From a virus (lineage: Duplodnaviria > Heunggongvirae > Uroviricota > Caudoviricetes): a DNA stretch of 20,274 nt. Each line of letters begins with the position of its first letter. The first letter of the stretch is position 1. Positions 17,501 to 20,274 of this stretch are shown here, piece by piece. A program made the position numbers and the translations under genes. A model generated the notes under the pieces. That model worked only from the letters and a program-made list of their open reading frames with translations, did not search any database and was not told where the DNA came from. The stretch lies in IMG/VR virus record IMGVR_UViG_2548877009_000004. The stretch is one strand, 5' to 3'.

Positions 17501-17818
17501 AACGGTATTTATGATTCCCCGCAATTTTTTGCTTTTGCAAAAGGGGCTGGTGTTTTTGGTGAGGCTGGACCGGAAGCCATTATGCCATTAACACGAACTT
17601 CCGATGGTTCTCTTGGTGTCAGAGCTATTAATAGTAAAAGTGGTAATGGAGGCGGAGATATTACCTATGCCCCTGTATACCAAATCACTATTCAAAATGA
17701 CGGCCAGAATGGAGAGATTGGCCCTCAGGCAATAAAAGCACTTATGGGGATGGTTGATCAGCGGGTGCAGGGCAATCTGTTAAATATGCGACGTGATGGG
17801 GGAATATTAAGTGGCTAA
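14585..17818 (+). CDS. Tail tape measure protein
   Basis: 1077 aa, long helical Gln/Ala/Glu-rich sequence. Three N-terminal tandem repeats. A hydrophobic, Gly-rich central segment ([36 protein letters not shown]). Located between GT and M. Confidence 0.9.
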
Positions 17819-18149
17819 TACGGAAGAATTTCACTGGTTACCAGAGGATGGAATGAAAACAGAAAATAAACCATCGATAAAAACTGTAAGATTTGGCGAT
17901 GGTTATGAGCAACGAAGTCCAAATGGACTTAATCATTCTCTGCGCGTTTTCACCTGTGATTTCAAAGTTGAGGCGAATGAACGTGATTCATTTGAAAAAT
18001 TTTTAGCCCGGCATGAAGGCTATAAATCTTTTTTTTGGCGCCCGCCGGGTATTAACAGAAAAATCAGAGTGGTGTGTCGAACGTGGTCAGCGACAGAACA
18101 TATCACCTATACCGATTTTTCGTGTCAGTTTGACGAAGTGGTGATCTGA
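17811..18149 (+). CDS. M: Minor tail protein M
   Basis: Contains [16 protein letters not shown] (lambda M has VRFGDGYSQRAPAGLN) and ends ...FDEVVI (lambda ...FEQVVN). GTG start overlaps the tape measure stop; ATG 17853 is an alternative start. Confidence 0.8.
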
Positions 18150-18847
18150 TGCAGGACATACAACAGGAAACGCTGAATGAATGCATTCGTGCGGAGCAGT
18201 CGGCCAGCGTGGTGCTCTGGGAAATCGACCTGACCGAGGTAGGCGGGGATCGCTACTTTTTCTGTAATGAGCAGAACGAAAAAGGTGAGTCTGTCACCTG
18301 GCAGAGTCGGCAGTATCAGGCCTATCCCATTCAGGGGAGTGGATTTGAGATGAACGGCAAGGGCAGTGCTGCCCGTCCGACACTGACGGTCTCTAACCTG
18401 CACGGCATGATCACCGGGATGGCGGAAGATCTGCAGAGTCTGGTCGGCGGAACGGTGGTCCGGCGTAAGGTTTACGCCCGTTTTCTGGATGCGGTGAACT
18501 TCGTCAACGGAAACAGTGACGCCGATCCGGAGCAGGAGGTGATCAGCCGCTGGCGCATCGAGCAGTGCAGCGAACTGAGCGCGGTGAGTGCCTCTTTTGT
18601 ACTGTCCACGCCGACGGAAACGGATGGCGCTGTTTTTCCGGGACGTATCATGCTGGCCAACACCTGCACCTGGACCTATCGCGGTGACGAGTGCGGTTAT
18701 AGCGGTCCGGCGGTCGCGGATGAATATGACCAGCCGACGTCCGATATCACGAAGGATAAATGCAGCAAATGCCTGAGCGGCTGTAAGTTCCGCAATAATG
18801 TCGGCAACTTTGGCGGCTTCCTTTCCATTAACAAACTTTCGCAGTAA
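18149..18847 (+). CDS. L: Minor tail protein L
   Basis: 232 aa, [33 protein letters not shown]...FGGFLSINKLSQ; nearly identical to lambda gpL as I recall it. Start overlaps the M stop (ATGA). Confidence 0.95.
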   Translation: MQDIQQETLNECIRAEQSASVVLWEIDLTEVGGDRYFFCNEQNEKGESVTWQSRQYQAYPIQGSGFEMNGKGSAARPTLTVSNLHGMITGMAEDLQSLVGGTVVRRKVYARFLDAVNFVNGNSDADPEQEVISRWRIEQCSELSAVSASFVLSTPTETDGAVFPGRIMLANTCTWTYRGDECGYSGPAVADEYDQPTSDITKDKCSKCLSGCKFRNNVGNFGGFLSINKLSQ

Positions 18848-18852
18848 ATCCC

Positions 18853-19182
18853 ATGACAGAGACAGAATCAGCGATTCTGGCGCACGCCCGGCGATGTGCG
18901 CCAGCGGAGTCGTGCGGCTTCGTGGTGAGAACACCGGAGGGGGAAAGATATTTTCCCTGCGTGAATATCTCTGGTGAGCCGGAGGCGTATTTCCGGATGT
19001 CGCCGGAGGACTGGCTGAGTGCAGAAATGCAGGGAGAGATTGTGGCGCTGGTCCACAGCCACCCCGGTGGTCTGCCCTGGCTGAGTGAGGCCGACCGGCG
19101 GCTGCAGGTGCAGAGTGATTTGCCGTGGTGGCTGGTCTGCCGGGGGGCGATTCATAAGCGGAGTCGTGCGGCTTCGTGGTAA
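18853..19182 (+). CDS. K: Tail tip assembly protein K, 5' fragment (gene disrupted by internal 254-bp tandem duplication)
   Basis: MTETESAILAHARRCAPAESCGFVV...HSHPGGLPWLSEAD matches the lambda K N-terminus with its JAMM/MPN motif. The frame is lost at the duplication junction and terminates at TAA 19180-19182. Confidence 0.8.
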   Translation: MTETESAILAHARRCAPAESCGFVVRTPEGERYFPCVNISGEPEAYFRMSPEDWLSAEMQGEIVALVHSHPGGLPWLSEADRRLQVQSDLPWWLVCRGAIHKRSRAASW

Positions 19183-19412
19183 GCACGCCGGAGGGGGAAA
19201 GATATTTCCCCTGCGTGAATATCTCCGGTGAGCCGGAGGCGTATTTCCGTATGTCGCCGGAAGACTGGCTGCAGGCAGAAATGCAGGGTGAGATTGTGGC
19301 GCTGGTCCACAGCCACCCCGGTGGTCTGCCCTGGCTGAGTGAGGCCGACCGGCGGCTGCAGGTGCAGAGTGATTTGCCGTGGTGGCTGGTCTGCCGGGGG
19401 ACGATTTATAAG
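18905..19412. repeat. Direct tandem duplication, 2 x 254 bp, inside gene K
   Basis: Copy 1 is about 18905-19158 and copy 2 about 19159-19412. They align base for base without indels and differ at about 12 positions (~95% identity). 254 is not a multiple of 3. Confidence 0.85.
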
Positions 19413-19850
19413 TTCCGCTGTGTGCCGCATCTCACCGGGCGGCGCTTTGAGCACGGTGTGACGGACTGTTACACACTGTTCCGGGATGCTTATCATCTGG
19501 CGGGGATTGAGATGCCGGACTTTCATCGTGAGGATGACTGGTGGCGTAACGGCCAGAATCTCTATCTGGATAATCTGGAGGCGACGGGGCTGTATCAGGT
19601 GCCGTTGTCAGCGGCACAGCCGGGCGATGTGCTGCTGTGCTGTTTTGGTTCATCGGTGCCGAATCATGCCGCCATTTACTGTGGCGACGGCGAGCTGCTG
19701 CACCATATTCCTGAACAACTGAGCAAACGAGAGAGGTACACCGACAAATGGCAGCGACGCACACACTCCCTCTGGCGTCACCGGGCATGGCGCGCATCTG
19801 CCTTTACGGGGATTTACAACGATTTGGTCGCCGCATCGACCTTCGTGTGA
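19176..19850 (+). CDS. K: Tail tip assembly protein K, 3' fragment (second JAMM motif copy plus NlpC/P60-like domain)
   Basis: From GTG 19176 the K frame is restored inside copy 2: VSTPEGERYFPC...HSHPGG...CYTLFRDAYH...NHAAIYCGDGELLHH...AASTFV, matching lambda K through to its native stop. Confidence 0.8.
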   Translation: MVSTPEGERYFPCVNISGEPEAYFRMSPEDWLQAEMQGEIVALVHSHPGGLPWLSEADRRLQVQSDLPWWLVCRGTIYKFRCVPHLTGRRFEHGVTDCYTLFRDAYHLAGIEMPDFHREDDWWRNGQNLYLDNLEATGLYQVPLSAAQPGDVLLCCFGSSVPNHAAIYCGDGELLHHIPEQLSKRERYTDKWQRRTHSLWRHRAWRASAFTGIYNDLVAASTFV

Positions 19851-20274
19851 AAACGGGGGCTGAAGCCATCCGGGCACTGGCCACACAGCTCCCGGCGTTT
19901 CGTCAGAAACTGAGCGACGGCTGGTATCAGGTACGGATTGCCGGGCGGGACGTCAGCACGTCCGGGTTAACGGCGCAGTTACATGAGACTCTGCCTGATG
20001 GCGCTGTGATTCATATTGTTCCCAGAGTCGCCGGGGCCAAGTCAGGTGGTGTATTCCAGATTGTCCTGGGAGCTGCCGCCATTGCCGGATCATTCTTTAC
20101 TGCCGGAGCCACCCTTGCAGCATGGGGGGCAGCCATTGGGGCCGGTGGTATGACCGGCATCCTGTTTTCTCTCGGTGCCAGTATGGTGCTCGGTGGTGTG
20201 GCGCAGATGCTGGCACCGAAAGCCAGAACTCCCCGTACACAGACAACGGATAACGGCAAACAGAACACCTATTT
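19748..20274 (+). CDS. I: Tail assembly protein I (3' end outside the window)
   Basis: ATG 19748 gives MAATHTLPLASPGMARICLYGDLQRFGRRIDLRVKTGAEAIRALATQLPAF..., matching lambda gpI. The start overlaps the 3' end of K as in lambda. The frame is open to the window end, so it is absent from the ORF track. Confidence 0.9.
   Translation, partial: MAATHTLPLASPGMARICLYGDLQRFGRRIDLRVKTGAEAIRALATQLPAFRQKLSDGWYQVRIAGRDVSTSGLTAQLHETLPDGAVIHIVPRVAGAKSGGVFQIVLGAAAIAGSFFTAGATLAAWGAAIGAGGMTGILFSLGASMVLGGVAQMLAPKARTPRTQTTDNGKQNTY

Noticed and set aside
18125-19186. 353-aa minus-strand ORF covering the L and K region
   Set aside because: Entirely antisense to the strongly supported lambda-like L and K genes. 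Long antisense ORFs are expected in GC-rich coding DNA. No recognisable motifs or start context.
18905-19412. K duplication as a programmed recoding (frameshift) site
   Set aside because: No slippery heptamer at the junction. The two copies are diverged, which points to recombination or assembly rather than a conserved recoding signal.
19152-19526. 124-aa minus-strand ORF (and its near-duplicate at 18868-19155) within K
   Set aside because: Antisense ORFs generated twice by the same tandem duplication; they mirror the K repeat rather than indicating a gene.

Overview
This window is the late (lysis-to-tail) region of a lambdoid, Rac-like prophage from an enterobacterium (E. coli-like), all genes on the + strand. 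It runs from the 3' end of the lysis cassette (Rz with embedded Rz1) through an AT-rich trkG potassium-transporter moron, a two-gene accessory module (ParB/Srx-like nuclease-domain protein plus a soluble GT-A-fold glycosyltransferase-like protein), the packaging and head genes, head-tail joining genes, major tail, the G/GT chaperone pair with a canonical -1 frameshift site, a 1077-aa tape measure protein, and lambda-like tail-tip genes M, L, K and the start of I. Protein identities rest on my recall of lambda and E. coli K-12 sequences and on motif reading; no database search was run. I see no complete novel defence system. The most unusual items are a diverged 254-bp tandem duplication that splits tail gene K into two ORFs, the ParB-like/GT-A accessory pair, and an A-tract-phased TGCGCA repeat array inside terS that may be a pac site. 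No tRNA, rRNA, CRISPR array, integrase or att site is visible.
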